Source: Hyphomonadaceae bacterium (lineage in GTDB: Bacteria; Pseudomonadota; Alphaproteobacteria; Caulobacterales; Aquidulcibacteraceae). Taken from it: a stretch of DNA of 64,000 nucleotides. Made by a program: the position numbers and the translations under genes. The first letter of the stretch is position 1. The number at the start of each line of letters is the position of its first letter. The stretch lies in NCBI GenBank assembly GCA_050186805.1, contig JBFWYC010000002.1:65492-129491 (forward strand), written 5' to 3'. A model generated the notes under the pieces. The model saw nothing but the letters and a program-made list of their open reading frames with translations. It had not been told where the DNA came from and ran no database searches. Shown in pieces: positions 27,189 to 36,615 of this stretch.

Positions 27189-28328
27189 TCAGCCTTTCAG
27201 CATTTCGCGCGAGACGATGACGCGCATAATTTCGTTGGCGCCTTCCAGAATGCGGTGCACGCGCAGATCACGGACGATGCGCTCGACTTCGTAGTCCGCC
27301 AGATAGCCGTAGCCGCCGTGCAGTTGCAGCGCCTGGTCGGCCACCTTGAACGCGGTGTCGGTGACGAAGCGCTTGGCCATGGCGCAATATTTGGTGGCGT
27401 CCGGCGCCTTTGCGTCGAGCTTGCGCGCCGCGGCATGCAGCAAAGCGCGCGAGGCGGCGAGTTCGGTCGCCATATCCGCCAAGGCGAATTGCGTGTTCTG
27501 AAACTCGGCCAGCGTTTTGCCGAATTGCTTACGTTCCTTGACGTAGGCAAGCGCGCGGTCGAGCGCGTCCTGTGCGCCGCCAAGCGCGCAGGCGGCGATG
27601 TTGAGTCGGCCGCCGTCGAGGCCCTTCATCGCATATTTGAAGCCCTCGCCTTCCGGGCCAACGCGGTTTTCGATCGAGACGCGGCAATCCTCAAAATTGA
27701 CGATCGCGGTGGGCTGGGCGCGCCAGCCCATTTTGTCCTCGGGCTTGCCAAACGAGAGACCCTTGGCGCCGTTCTCGACCAACAGCGTCGATACGCCCTT
27801 CGGCCCGTCCTCGCCGGTGCGGCACATCAAGACATAGAGATCAGAGAAGCCCGCGCCCGAGATGAACGCCTTCGAGCCGTTGATCACATAGTGCGCATTG
27901 CCGTCCGGCTTTGCGGTTGTGCGCAAAGCTGCGGCGTCAGAGCCCGAGCCAGGCTCGGTCAAGCAATAGGACGCGATGGTCTCCATCGTTGTCAGCTTCG
28001 GCAGCCAATGCGCGCGCTGTTCTTCGCTGGCGAATGAATCGATCATCCACGAGCACATGTTGTGGATCGACAGAAACGCCGCGGTCGAAATGCAGCCGCG
28101 CGACAATTCCTCAAAGATCAGCGCCGCGTCGAGGCGTGTGAGGCCAGAACCGCCAACGTCGTCGCGCACGTAGATGCCGGCAAAGCCGAGTGCGGCGAGT
28201 TCTTTCAGAACGCCGCGATCCAATCCTTCGTGTTCCCAGCGCGCGGCGTTGGGGCGCAAGCGCTCTTGCGCGAAGGCCCGCGCTGTTTCGGCGATCATCT
28301 CTTGGTCGTGGGTGAGCTCTGCGGCCAT
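27189..28328 (-). CDS. Acyl-CoA dehydrogenase, isobutyryl-CoA dehydrogenase (ACAD8)-like
   Basis: Close resemblance to ACAD8 over the full length (SIHNMCSWMIDSF, YCLTEPGSGSDAA, QLHGGYGYL, RVHRILEGANE). Confidence 0.93.
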   Translation of the reverse strand: MAAELTHDQEMIAETARAFAQERLRPNAARWEHEGLDRGVLKELAALGFAGIYVRDDVGGSGLTRLDAALIFEELSRGCISTAAFLSIHNMCSWMIDSFASEEQRAHWLPKLTTMETIASYCLTEPGSGSDAAALRTTAKPDGNAHYVINGSKAFISGAGFSDLYVLMCRTGEDGPKGVSTLLVENGAKGLSFGKPEDKMGWRAQPTAIVNFEDCRVSIENRVGPEGEGFKYAMKGLDGGRLNIAACALGGAQDALDRALAYVKERKQFGKTLAEFQNTQFALADMATELAASRALLHAAARKLDAKAPDATKYCAMAKRFVTDTAFKVADQALQLHGGYGYLADYEVERIVRDLRVHRILEGANEIMRVIVSREMLKG

Positions 28329-28388
28329 TGTTCCCTCTTTCGCGCGCCTTATAGCCGGCTGGCGGCGAACGGCCAGCGTTCCTCGCGC

Positions 28389-28413
28389 GGAACCACGCCT
28401 CTGCTAGCGGGTT
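28389..28413 (+). promoter_or_regulatory. EcfG/SigT-type (general stress response) promoter-like motif
   Basis: GGAAC-N16-GGTT, 50 nt upstream of the lipoprotein start at 28463. Confidence 0.35.
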
Positions 28414-28462
28414 TCAGCCCGGTAAGCATCGCCCTCCCGCGGTGCAGACCAGGAGTTTGACC

Positions 28463-28726
28463 ATGCTCAAATTGATTGCGACCGCCTCGGTCGCCGTGGC
28501 CGCCCTTGGCCTCGCGGCGTGTGGCGACGGCGGCAGCGCTGAGAAGTCCGGCGAAAATCTCGATTCCGCGATCGAGGAAGCAACGCAAGGCCAAGAAAAT
28601 CTTGGCGACGGCCCGCTCGAACGCGCCGGCGAAGAAATCGACGAAGCCACCGGCAACGCTCAGAACCAAGACGGCGCCGACGCGTTGAATGATGCAACGG
28701 ACGGAAATCCGAACACCAATCCATAA
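28463..28726 (+). CDS. Small acidic lipoprotein (paralogue 1)
   Basis: AGGAG 7 nt upstream. Signal peptide with lipobox LGLAAC. The mature part is Glu/Asp/Gly/Asn-rich and low-complexity. Confidence 0.7.
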   Translation: MLKLIATASVAVAALGLAACGDGGSAEKSGENLDSAIEEATQGQENLGDGPLERAGEEIDEATGNAQNQDGADALNDATDGNPNTNP

Positions 28727-28774
28727 CGCTTCCGCAGCGCCCCTAATTTAGCTGGTCATGGGGCGCTCAGGGCG

Positions 28775-28814
28775 GCGGCGCTGATGCGTGGCCCGCGTCA
28801 GCGCCGCTTCGTTT
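28775..28814 (+). terminator. Rho-independent terminator
   Basis: GCGGCGCTGA...TCAGCGCCGC stem followed by TTCGTTT. Confidence 0.55.
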
Positions 28815-28826
28815 GGAGCTTCGTTT

Positions 28827-28851
28827 GGAACTGTGTTCTTGACGAAACGTT
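28827..28851 (+). promoter_or_regulatory. EcfG/SigT-type promoter motif
   Basis: Exact consensus GGAAC-N16-CGTT, 52 nt upstream of the lipoprotein start at 28903. Confidence 0.5.
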
Positions 28852-28902
28852 GACAGCCCCGGCGGCGATGCCGCCTCGAACGAGGGACATTAGGAGACAC
28901 GC

Positions 28903-29139
28903 ATGTTGAAGTCATTGCTGGCCGCCGCCGCTACCGCTGCTCTGCTGGGCGTCGCCGCCTGCGGCCAAGGACCGAACGAGGAAGCCGGCGAAGCCGCCGA
29001 CACCGCGTACGAACAATCCACGACCGGCACGACCGACATGGGCCAAGGCCCGATGGAAGAAGCCGGCGAAGCGGCTGACGAAGCGACGCAAGGCGAAGCC
29101 ATCCCGCCGACCGGCGACACCACAACCACCACGCCGTAA
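28903..29139 (+). CDS. Small acidic lipoprotein (paralogue 2)
   Basis: AGGAG RBS and lipobox LGVAAC. Repeated EEAGEAAD motif and a Thr-rich tail. Confidence 0.7.
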   Translation: MLKSLLAAAATAALLGVAACGQGPNEEAGEAADTAYEQSTTGTTDMGQGPMEEAGEAADEATQGEAIPPTGDTTTTTP

Positions 29140-29163
29140 CGACCAACGGCGATTGCGCATTCA

Positions 29164-29197
29164 CTCCCCGCGCGCCACATAGCGCGCGGGGAGTTTT
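29164..29197 (+). terminator. Rho-independent terminator
   Basis: A 12-bp stem CTCCCCGCGCGC/GCGCGCGGGGAG with a 6-nt loop, then TTTT. Confidence 0.7.
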
Positions 29198-29198
29198 C

Positions 29199-30092
29199 AT
29201 GTCTGGCCGCACGTTTCCGCCAGCTCTGGTGCTGACGCTGGCGATCGTCGCTGGCTCATGCATGGACGCGACGATCAAATATCTCGCGCAGGGCAATCAC
29301 GTTCTGCTCGTGGCGTTTGCGCGCTATCTGATCGGCACGCTGTTTTCGCTTTTGATTTGGACCCATGCCGGGCGGCCGACCATCACCGCCGAGATGTGGC
29401 GCGCACACGGCTTGCGCGGCTTCGTCATCGCCGGCTGCGCGGTGACCTTCTTCTGGGCGTTGACGGTCTTGCCGCTGGCGGAAGCGGTGACGCTGTCGTT
29501 CGTCTATCCGCTTATCGTGCCGTTCGTCGCCCGCTTCATGCTGGGCGAGCGGATACGGCCAACCAGCATTGTGGCAGCCATTTTCGGCTTCGCCGGCGTG
29601 ATCGTGGCGATGCAAGGCGCGCCTGCGCAGCATGCCTCGCCGCTGCATTCGCTCGGCGTCACCGCGGTGCTCGTCTCGGCCGGCTTGTTCTCGCTCGCCA
29701 TGGTGCTGCTGCGTGCGCGCGCGCAAACCGATGGCGCCCCGATTGTGGGCCTGATGACGAGCTTCGTTCCCGCCGTCATCCTGGCGGCGCCGACTTTGCT
29801 GTTCGCGACGCCGCCGAACGTTGCGGAATGGCCGGTGTTTATCCTCATGGGCGCGCTGGCGGCGGTGTTCATGTATCTGATGGCGCGCGCCTATGCCGCC
29901 GCGGAAGCGCAGCAATTGGCGCCGATCCACTACACTGAACTCGTCTGGGCGAGCGTGATCGGCTACATCGTCTTTCACGAGACGCCGCGGCTTGAAATCT
30001 ATCTCGGCGCGGCGCTGATCATCGCCGCGTGCTTGTATGCCGCCTATGACGAGCGGCGGCTCGCCGCGCTCAAACCAAAGGACGCCGGATGA
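29199..30092 (+). CDS. DMT superfamily (EamA-like) transporter
   Basis: 297 aa, about 10 TM helices, with a two-EamA-repeat hydrophobicity pattern. Confidence 0.82.
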   Translation: MSGRTFPPALVLTLAIVAGSCMDATIKYLAQGNHVLLVAFARYLIGTLFSLLIWTHAGRPTITAEMWRAHGLRGFVIAGCAVTFFWALTVLPLAEAVTLSFVYPLIVPFVARFMLGERIRPTSIVAAIFGFAGVIVAMQGAPAQHASPLHSLGVTAVLVSAGLFSLAMVLLRARAQTDGAPIVGLMTSFVPAVILAAPTLLFATPPNVAEWPVFILMGALAAVFMYLMARAYAAAEAQQLAPIHYTELVWASVIGYIVFHETPRLEIYLGAALIIAACLYAAYDERRLAALKPKDAG

Positions 30093-30484
30093 CCGATTTC
30101 GCCGCCACCATGCCCTTCGCCAAGCTGATCGACATCCGCGTCATCGAGGCGACGCCCGATAAGGTCGTCGGCGAACTCACGGTCCGCGAAGACCTTTGCA
30201 CCGTCGGCGGCCTTCTCCATGGCGGCGCGGTGATGGCGTTCGCGGATTCGCTCGGCGCCATCGGCGGGTTTCTGTCCTTACCGCCAGGCGCGGTCGGCAC
30301 CACCACGATCGAGAGCAAGACCAATTTTCTAGGCGGCGCCAAAATAGGCGCGGTGGTGCGTGCGGAGACGACGCCCGCCCACCGCGGCAAGCGCACCAGC
30401 GTGTGGGAAACCCGCATCAAAACCGCTGAAGGCAAGCCGGTGGCGCTGGTGATCCAGACGCAGATGGTGCTGCTGCCGGGCTGA
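30089..30484 (+). CDS. PaaI-family hotdog-fold thioesterase
   Basis: LHGGAVMAFADSLG motif, 131 aa, ATGA-coupled. Confidence 0.85.
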   Translation: MTDFAATMPFAKLIDIRVIEATPDKVVGELTVREDLCTVGGLLHGGAVMAFADSLGAIGGFLSLPPGAVGTTTIESKTNFLGGAKIGAVVRAETTPAHRGKRTSVWETRIKTAEGKPVALVIQTQMVLLPG

Positions 30485-30573
30485 TTTCCCGGGAATTCAC
30501 GTCAAATCGCTTGCGGGCGGGCGGGGCTCGGCTAGCCTACGCGCACACGTCGGCATCCCGGGGGAGACGGCGC

Positions 30574-31473
30574 ATGATCACGGCCAACCGCGCGGCGCTT
30601 GCGTGCGCGCTCTTCATTGTCGCCAGCGCCGCGTCGGCGCAACCGGCGCCGCGTCCTGTGCAGCGCGAGTTGGAGCGCGCGCGCGTGCAAGCGCCGGTGG
30701 CGCAGCCGGCGCCGGAAGAGCCGGCGAGCAGCGCCAACACGGTTTTGCCCGCCAGCGCGCAATGGGCGCCGGCGCGGATCGAGGTGCAGCGTGGCGCGCG
30801 TCTGCAGATTGCGGCGTCGCCGAACACGCTCTGGACCGCCGGCGGTCAGCAAACAGCGGCAGCGCGCGTCGCTGTGCCGATGGTCGATGCGAACGGCCAC
30901 CCCAACACGGCCGGCCAACAAGGTTTGCCTGTGCCGCGCGGCAATCGCGGCGCGCTCATCGGGCGCATCGGCGACAACGGCGCGCCGTTTCTCATCGGCC
31001 TTTCCTACGACGGCGTCGCCGAGGCTGACGGCCAGCTTTATCTGTCGATGAACGATTTCGCCGATCAGTTCGCCGACAATCAGGGCCGCATCGCGATCCA
31101 AGTGAACGTCACGCCGCCGCCGCCAGTGCAAGAGCCGGCGCAACCGCCCGTGGAAACGCCGCAAGCGCAAGACCCCACAACGCAGCCGGAAACGCCGCTC
31201 GAAACACCAACGGCCACGCCAGCGCCGGACGAGCCTGGCGTCCCAGGCGTCACACCGCCGGTGCAGGCGCCGCTCAGCCCAATGAACATCGCGATCATCG
31301 CCGGCGTCGTTCTGCTCGGCATGTTTCTGTTCACGCGCTTGTTCCGCGCGCGCCCGCGCGAACAGCACGACGACGATCCGCAGGAACGGCCGGCCGCGGA
31401 CATCAGCGCCCGCATCGTCAGCGACGGCATCGCCGGGCAAATCCTCACCATCACCATGGGGCGCCGCGCATGA
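30574..31473 (+). CDS. Membrane-anchored protein with a periplasmic PA-IL/LecA-like beta-sandwich domain, Pro-rich linker and C-terminal TM
   Basis: Start at MITANR after GGGGAGA. Signal ends ASAQP. GALIGRIGDNGAPFLIG...GQLYLSMND...DNQGRIAIQV pattern, PPPPVQEP...TPTATP linker and TM IAIIAGVVLLGMFLF. Confidence 0.65.
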   Translation: MITANRAALACALFIVASAASAQPAPRPVQRELERARVQAPVAQPAPEEPASSANTVLPASAQWAPARIEVQRGARLQIAASPNTLWTAGGQQTAAARVAVPMVDANGHPNTAGQQGLPVPRGNRGALIGRIGDNGAPFLIGLSYDGVAEADGQLYLSMNDFADQFADNQGRIAIQVNVTPPPPVQEPAQPPVETPQAQDPTTQPETPLETPTATPAPDEPGVPGVTPPVQAPLSPMNIAIIAGVVLLGMFLFTRLFRARPREQHDDDPQERPAADISARIVSDGIAGQILTITMGRRA

Positions 31474-32027
31474 CCGACGACGCCTACACCTTGCGCGCCT
31501 TCTTTGGCCTCGACGATCCCAAGCGTGAGCAAGACGCCGCGAAGGCGCTCCAGAATTCGGCGGAATTGCGCGGCGTGCGCGGCTTGCCCGGCGCGCTGCG
31601 CGCCCCTGCCGCCAACGCCATCGTGATGACCGCCAAGGCGCTGCTGAGCGATCCCGTCAGCGGCCTGATCTGCAATGCATGGACGAAAGCCGCGGAGCTG
31701 CAGCGCTTCATCAAGGCGCCGCCCGATCAAATCAACGAGTTTACGCTGCATGAGCATGAGGTCGCGCTGAGCCGCGCGCCGTCCGTCGATCTCGTCGTCA
31801 ACGGCGCGCCAACCGGCGTTCAACTTCGCTTTGAACTCAAAGTCGCGTTGAGCATCGCCAGCGCCTCCTTGCGCATTCAGAATGCGCACATTGTCGGCGC
31901 CACATTGGGCAAGGTCAGAGGCGGCGGCAGCTTCAGCCTCGGGCGCGCGACATTGGTGGAGCGCAAGACCGAACTGGTGCGTCTGCCTGCCGAGCTGACC
32001 TTCAATCCCGGCGCGCGGCTGAGTTAG
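31470..32027 (+). CDS. Hypothetical cytoplasmic protein coupled to the PA-IL-like gene
   Basis: ATGA overlap, 185 aa, no recognisable motif. Confidence 0.55.
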   Translation: MTDDAYTLRAFFGLDDPKREQDAAKALQNSAELRGVRGLPGALRAPAANAIVMTAKALLSDPVSGLICNAWTKAAELQRFIKAPPDQINEFTLHEHEVALSRAPSVDLVVNGAPTGVQLRFELKVALSIASASLRIQNAHIVGATLGKVRGGGSFSLGRATLVERKTELVRLPAELTFNPGARLS

Positions 32028-33499
32028 GCCGCGATCGACCCGGTCAAGCGATCGTCGTCGGCGCTCTGCAGCGTGCTCAAATCGGAGACGATGCTGAGGG
32101 TAAAGCACGAGCCTTTGCCGGGTTCGCTGGTGGCGGTCACATCGCCGCCCATGGCGCGCGCGAGCCGGCGCGCGATCGACAGGCCAAGCCCCGTCCCGCC
32201 ATAGCGTTGCGTGATCATCTCGTCAGCCTGCACGAATGGCTCGAACACGCGTTCGAGTTGATCCGCCGTCATGCCGATGCCGGTGTCGCGCACGTGGAAC
32301 ATGGTCATCGGAACGCCGTTGCGCTCTTCGCGCGCCACCTCGATCTCGACCGAACCGCTATGGGTGAACTTGCAGGCGTTCGACGCCAGGTTCAGCAGGC
32401 ATTGGCGAACCCGCAGCGTGTCGTTCCACGCCAACAGCACCATGCCGTCGCCGGTGCGGTTGATGATCGTGTGCGAGCGTTCAGCCAACGGACGCACGAT
32501 GGCAATGACCTCATCCGTCAAGGCTTGCGGGTTGAAGGCGTTGCCGTTGACGTTGACGACGCCGGCCTCGACTTTCGACCAATCCAGGATTTCGTTGATC
32601 AAGCCGAGCAAATGCCGGCCTGCGCCGGTGATGCGGTCCAGATCTTCGGCTGTCTGTGGCGTCTTCTGCTCGTCGGTATCTTCGCGGATCAATTCGGCGT
32701 AGCCGATGATGGCGTTAAGCGGCGTGCGCAATTCATGGCTCATGCGCGCCATGAACGCGCTCTTTGCGGTGTTGGCCTGCTCGGCCGCCTCGCGTTCGTT
32801 CTGCAGCTCCTGAGCGCGCCGCCACATCTGACTGATCTTGTGGCCGTAGAAAGTGACGCCGATGACCATGAAAATGATCAGCAAGCCGATCAGATACTCG
32901 AAATTCCGCAGCTCGCGGGCCCGCGCGACCTGCTCTTGCAGCGCCGCGGTCTGCTCGCGCTGAGCCGCGTTGATGGCGAGCGAAATCGAACTGGTCAGCT
33001 CGCCATACGTGCGGTCCATGGTCGCCATACGGCGCCCGGCGGCGGCGGCCTGCCCACGCTCAAAGTGGACGAAAATGCGCTCCGCCTCTTCCACCATGCG
33101 CCCCATCGCGACGCGCGTGGCGCCAAGCGCGGCCACCACTTCGGCGCGCTGCGCTTCCGGCATGGTGGCTTCGAATTCGGTGACGATCACATCGATACGC
33201 GCGTCGAAATCGGCCAGCGCCGCGTCACGGCGGGCGCGTTCGACCGGCACGTCGCGGCTGTCGAACACGTCATTGCCCGGCGCGTTCGTCGCCTGTGCGA
33301 GGCCGGACAATTCCGTGATCGCGCTGATCCGGCCCGCCCACGCCTGATTGGCGGCGACCGAGTTGTCGTAATTGGTCAGCAAATGGTTCGACAGCGCGAG
33401 GCCAAGACCGACGGTGATCAGATCGAACGCAGCCAGCACGAAATAGAGCATATGCCAGCGCGGCATGCCTTTGGACTTCACGGCTTCGCCCATGCGCAA
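32024..33499 (-). CDS. Sensor histidine kinase
   Basis: Two N-terminal TM helices flank a periplasmic region. H-box MSHELRTPLNAI, N-box LNLASNACKFT, and G-boxes DTGIGM and GGTGLGLSI. Confidence 0.88.
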   Translation of the reverse strand: MRMGEAVKSKGMPRWHMLYFVLAAFDLITVGLGLALSNHLLTNYDNSVAANQAWAGRISAITELSGLAQATNAPGNDVFDSRDVPVERARRDAALADFDARIDVIVTEFEATMPEAQRAEVVAALGATRVAMGRMVEEAERIFVHFERGQAAAAGRRMATMDRTYGELTSSISLAINAAQREQTAALQEQVARARELRNFEYLIGLLIIFMVIGVTFYGHKISQMWRRAQELQNEREAAEQANTAKSAFMARMSHELRTPLNAIIGYAELIREDTDEQKTPQTAEDLDRITGAGRHLLGLINEILDWSKVEAGVVNVNGNAFNPQALTDEVIAIVRPLAERSHTIINRTGDGMVLLAWNDTLRVRQCLLNLASNACKFTHSGSVEIEVAREERNGVPMTMFHVRDTGIGMTADQLERVFEPFVQADEMITQRYGGTGLGLSIARRLARAMGGDVTATSEPGKGSCFTLSIVSDLSTLQSADDDRLTGSIAA

Positions 33500-33580
33500 C
33501 TCTCCCTCACAAAAGGGTAAATCGCGCTTGGTTACCCGTACCTAAATGCGCCAACCTATGTGTGCATTAAGTAGCGGCCG

Positions 33581-35578
33581 CTACGCGGCGGACTGCTGCG
33601 CCTTCTTCGCGACGTCGTCGGCCCGTCTGCCGGAGATCTCGACCATATGGTCGTACTCCGCCTCGAAGGTCGCCAAGCCTTGGGTCAGCGAGCGCAGCTC
33701 GATGATGAAGCTCTGACGCTCCGCATGCGGCAGATACGCCTCCACCTTGTCCCACCCAGGCCAGCCTTCGCGCGGCTCGAAGCCGAGTATTTGGCCGTTG
33801 TGCGAGGAGACGGCGGAGTTGATCTTCGGCGTGCCGGAATTGGGCGTGAAGATGGTCAGCTTCTCGATCGGTTCGAGGATCACCGAGTCGCATTCCGACA
33901 GCGCGTCGCTCATGCCGATGCGGCCCGCCATCTGGAACGAGTGCTCGGAGGAATCGACCGAGTGATAGGAGCCATCGATCACTGTGACCGACACGTCCAC
34001 GACCGGAAAGCCCTTCGGGCCCTTGGTCATGGCGTCTTTCACGCCGGCTTCGACCGCGGGAATCCATTGCCGTGGAATGGCCCCGCCAGTGATCTTATCG
34101 ACGAACTCGAAGCCTTGTCCGCGCGGCAGCGGCCGCACCTGCAGCACGCAATCGCCGAACTGGCCGTGGCCGCCCGTCTGCTTCTTGTGGCGTCCGCGCT
34201 TTTCGGCCGTTTTGCGGATGGTTTCCTGATACGGAGTCGCCGGCCGCGCGGTCGAAACATCGACGCCATAGCGCGACTTCAACCGCTCCAGCACCGAACG
34301 CAGATGCGGCTCGCCCTGCCCTTGCAGCAGGATTTCATGCGTCGACTGCTCGTGCACGACGTTGAGGCCGTTGTCTTCCTCAACCAGCTTCTGCAGCGCG
34401 CCTGACAAACGCACGTCGTCCTTGCGGTCCTTGGTCGCGATCGCCAGCGCGTACACCGGGAAGCGCTTGTAGGGTGCGACCTTGGCGGAGAGTTTCGATC
34501 CGTTCGCCGCCAAGATGTCGCCCGCGGCGACCGGATCGAGTTTGCCGATCGCGACCACATCGCCTTCCGGCGCGCCGCTAATCTTCTTCGTCTGCGCGCC
34601 CTGCACCGAGAACAGCGCGCCTGGGCGCTGCGACGAGCCGTCGCTCAGCGCCAGCTGGTCGCTATCGCTGAGCTTGCCGCCAAAAATGCGGGAGTAAGCG
34701 AGCTTGCCCGCCTGGCCAGCGTGAGAGATTTTCATCACATAAGCGCCAGAGCTGGTGAGCCCCAGCCGTTCGGCGGTGAAATTCGGCGCCGGCGTGTCGT
34801 GCCGAAACGCCTTCAGCAAGCGGCGCACGCCATGGCCTTGCGCGGTCGAGCCGAAGAACACCGGCGTAATCAGCCCTTCGCGCATCTCGCGCACGAGATC
34901 GGCGAAGACCGTATCGCGGTCCGGCGTCACGTCGGAGAGCAATTGCTCCATCAGCGTATCGTCGAAGTCGGCGAGCTGCTCCAGCATATGGAAGCGCGCT
35001 TCATGCTCGCGCTCGCTCATGTCTTTCGGGATATCGATGACGCGCGACGGCTTGCCGTGCTCGTAGTGGTACGCGCGCTCCAGCGCCAGATCGACAAAGC
35101 CGGCGACCTTCTCGTCTTCCCAGATCGGAATCTGGCGCGCCACCAGCGGCACGCTGGAGACAGGCTGCAGCGCTTCGAGCAGATCGCGCACGCGGCCGCG
35201 CGCCTGGTCGATCTTGTTGATGAAGAGCGCGCGAGGAATTTTCATGTCCTCGAGCATTTTGAGGAAAGGCTGCGCGAGCACGGCTTTGTCGGGATCGGGA
35301 TCGGCCACCACGATGGCGAGGTCGGCCGCGGGAAGCGCGAAATCGGCGTCGGCGAGGAAGTCCACGGCGCCGGGCGCATCGATCAGCGCATAATGATCGC
35401 CCATGAAATCGACGGCGGTGAAGGTGGTTTCGGTGGACTGGCCCGCCGCGGCCGGGGCTTGCCCGGAACCGCCCGAGGCGGCTGACGCCAGAGCTTGGAT
35501 CAACGCCGTCTTGCCCGCCCCGGTCGGACCGACGACGGCGATTGCCCTCACCACGTTGTTTGCTTTGCCTTCAGGCAT
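33581..35578 (-). CDS. Elongation factor G-like GTPase (divergent EF-G paralogue)
   Basis: G1 GPTGAGKT, G3 DAPG and G4 NKID. Domain IV/V resemblance (HSVDSSE, GGHGQFG). Confidence 0.88.
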   Translation of the reverse strand: MPEGKANNVVRAIAVVGPTGAGKTALIQALASAASGGSGQAPAAAGQSTETTFTAVDFMGDHYALIDAPGAVDFLADADFALPAADLAIVVADPDPDKAVLAQPFLKMLEDMKIPRALFINKIDQARGRVRDLLEALQPVSSVPLVARQIPIWEDEKVAGFVDLALERAYHYEHGKPSRVIDIPKDMSEREHEARFHMLEQLADFDDTLMEQLLSDVTPDRDTVFADLVREMREGLITPVFFGSTAQGHGVRRLLKAFRHDTPAPNFTAERLGLTSSGAYVMKISHAGQAGKLAYSRIFGGKLSDSDQLALSDGSSQRPGALFSVQGAQTKKISGAPEGDVVAIGKLDPVAAGDILAANGSKLSAKVAPYKRFPVYALAIATKDRKDDVRLSGALQKLVEEDNGLNVVHEQSTHEILLQGQGEPHLRSVLERLKSRYGVDVSTARPATPYQETIRKTAEKRGRHKKQTGGHGQFGDCVLQVRPLPRGQGFEFVDKITGGAIPRQWIPAVEAGVKDAMTKGPKGFPVVDVSVTVIDGSYHSVDSSEHSFQMAGRIGMSDALSECDSVILEPIEKLTIFTPNSGTPKINSAVSSHNGQILGFEPREGWPGWDKVEAYLPHAERQSFIIELRSLTQGLATFEAEYDHMVEISGRRADDVAKKAQQSAA

Positions 35579-35734
35579 GACGCTGCCTCCCTTATTTCCC
35601 CGTTTCGGGGTTGAGGCGGCGCCCAGCGGCAGGCGCCGCTTCTCGCTTATGGACGGCCCGTCCTCCGGGCCGAGCAGTCACTGTTTCACGAACGCAACAG
35701 ACGCTCAAGCCGAGGATGCGAGCTTTCGAACTGT

Positions 35735-36532
35735 TTAGGCGGAAGCCGGCGTCGGCGACGCCAGCGGTTCGGGCAGCAGGCCCGGATAAATCGCCTCTTC
35801 GCGGTAGGCCTTGGAGCGGGCGTTGAGCGCACGCCAGTCGCGCGCAACGAAGACGAGCGTAAACACCAGCCGCGCGATCGGCACATAATCGCGCTCACGC
35901 ATGAATTTCACCGCCGCGCTCGCTTCGCCGGCGCGATCCATCGTGTAGTAACCCTCAAGATCTTCCATCAGCACGACGGTGGGGCGCCATGTGCTGTAAT
36001 CGATCGTCGCCAGCACGCCGAGATCGTCGCCTTCGCAATCGACATTGAGCAGATCGATCTGGCGTCCGCCCGCATTCTCCTCCAGCAGCGTATCGAGCCG
36101 ATCGCAGCGCACCTCGCGCACGCCGCGTGTGGCGTAGCCGGACTCCGCCAGCGCCTTGGCGCGCGCTTCGTCCATGGTGTTGAGCATGCCGATTTCGAAC
36201 TGATGGTAGTTCAGCGTCGAAGGCGTGGACGACACGCCGACCGTTAGGTGCGTGTCGCGCCCACGCAGCAGACGGAATTTCCAGGCCGCCTGCGGATTGG
36301 GCTCGATCGTGATGCCGCGCCAGCCGCGTTTGTAGAGCTTGTAGGTGTTGGACGCATCGACCGGATCGTAGGCGCCGACATCGACATAGAAGCCGTTGCG
36401 GCTTGGCATCAGCGCATTGAAGACAACAAGGTCTTCACCATACTGGCCGTAAGCGCGCGTCCCCTGCGGCCGCAAATACGGCTTCAACGGACGCGCGAAA
36501 CGCTTCAAGGATTGCACTGCGCCCGCAAGCAT
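35735..36532 (-). CDS. FkbM-family SAM-dependent methyltransferase
   Basis: GFYVDVGAYDPVDASNT and ITIEPNP motifs. Start chosen at MLAGAV to avoid overlapping the MerR gene. Confidence 0.75.
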   Translation of the reverse strand: MLAGAVQSLKRFARPLKPYLRPQGTRAYGQYGEDLVVFNALMPSRNGFYVDVGAYDPVDASNTYKLYKRGWRGITIEPNPQAAWKFRLLRGRDTHLTVGVSSTPSTLNYHQFEIGMLNTMDEARAKALAESGYATRGVREVRCDRLDTLLEENAGGRQIDLLNVDCEGDDLGVLATIDYSTWRPTVVLMEDLEGYYTMDRAGEASAAVKFMRERDYVPIARLVFTLVFVARDWRALNARSKAYREEAIYPGLLPEPLASPTPASA

Positions 36533-36615
36533 ACGCGCCCCGCGATCATTATGCGCCACGTTGAACCGGGGCCTGCAAGATGTCGATGGGCGCGCAAGCC
36601 TTGCGCCAGCGTGTC

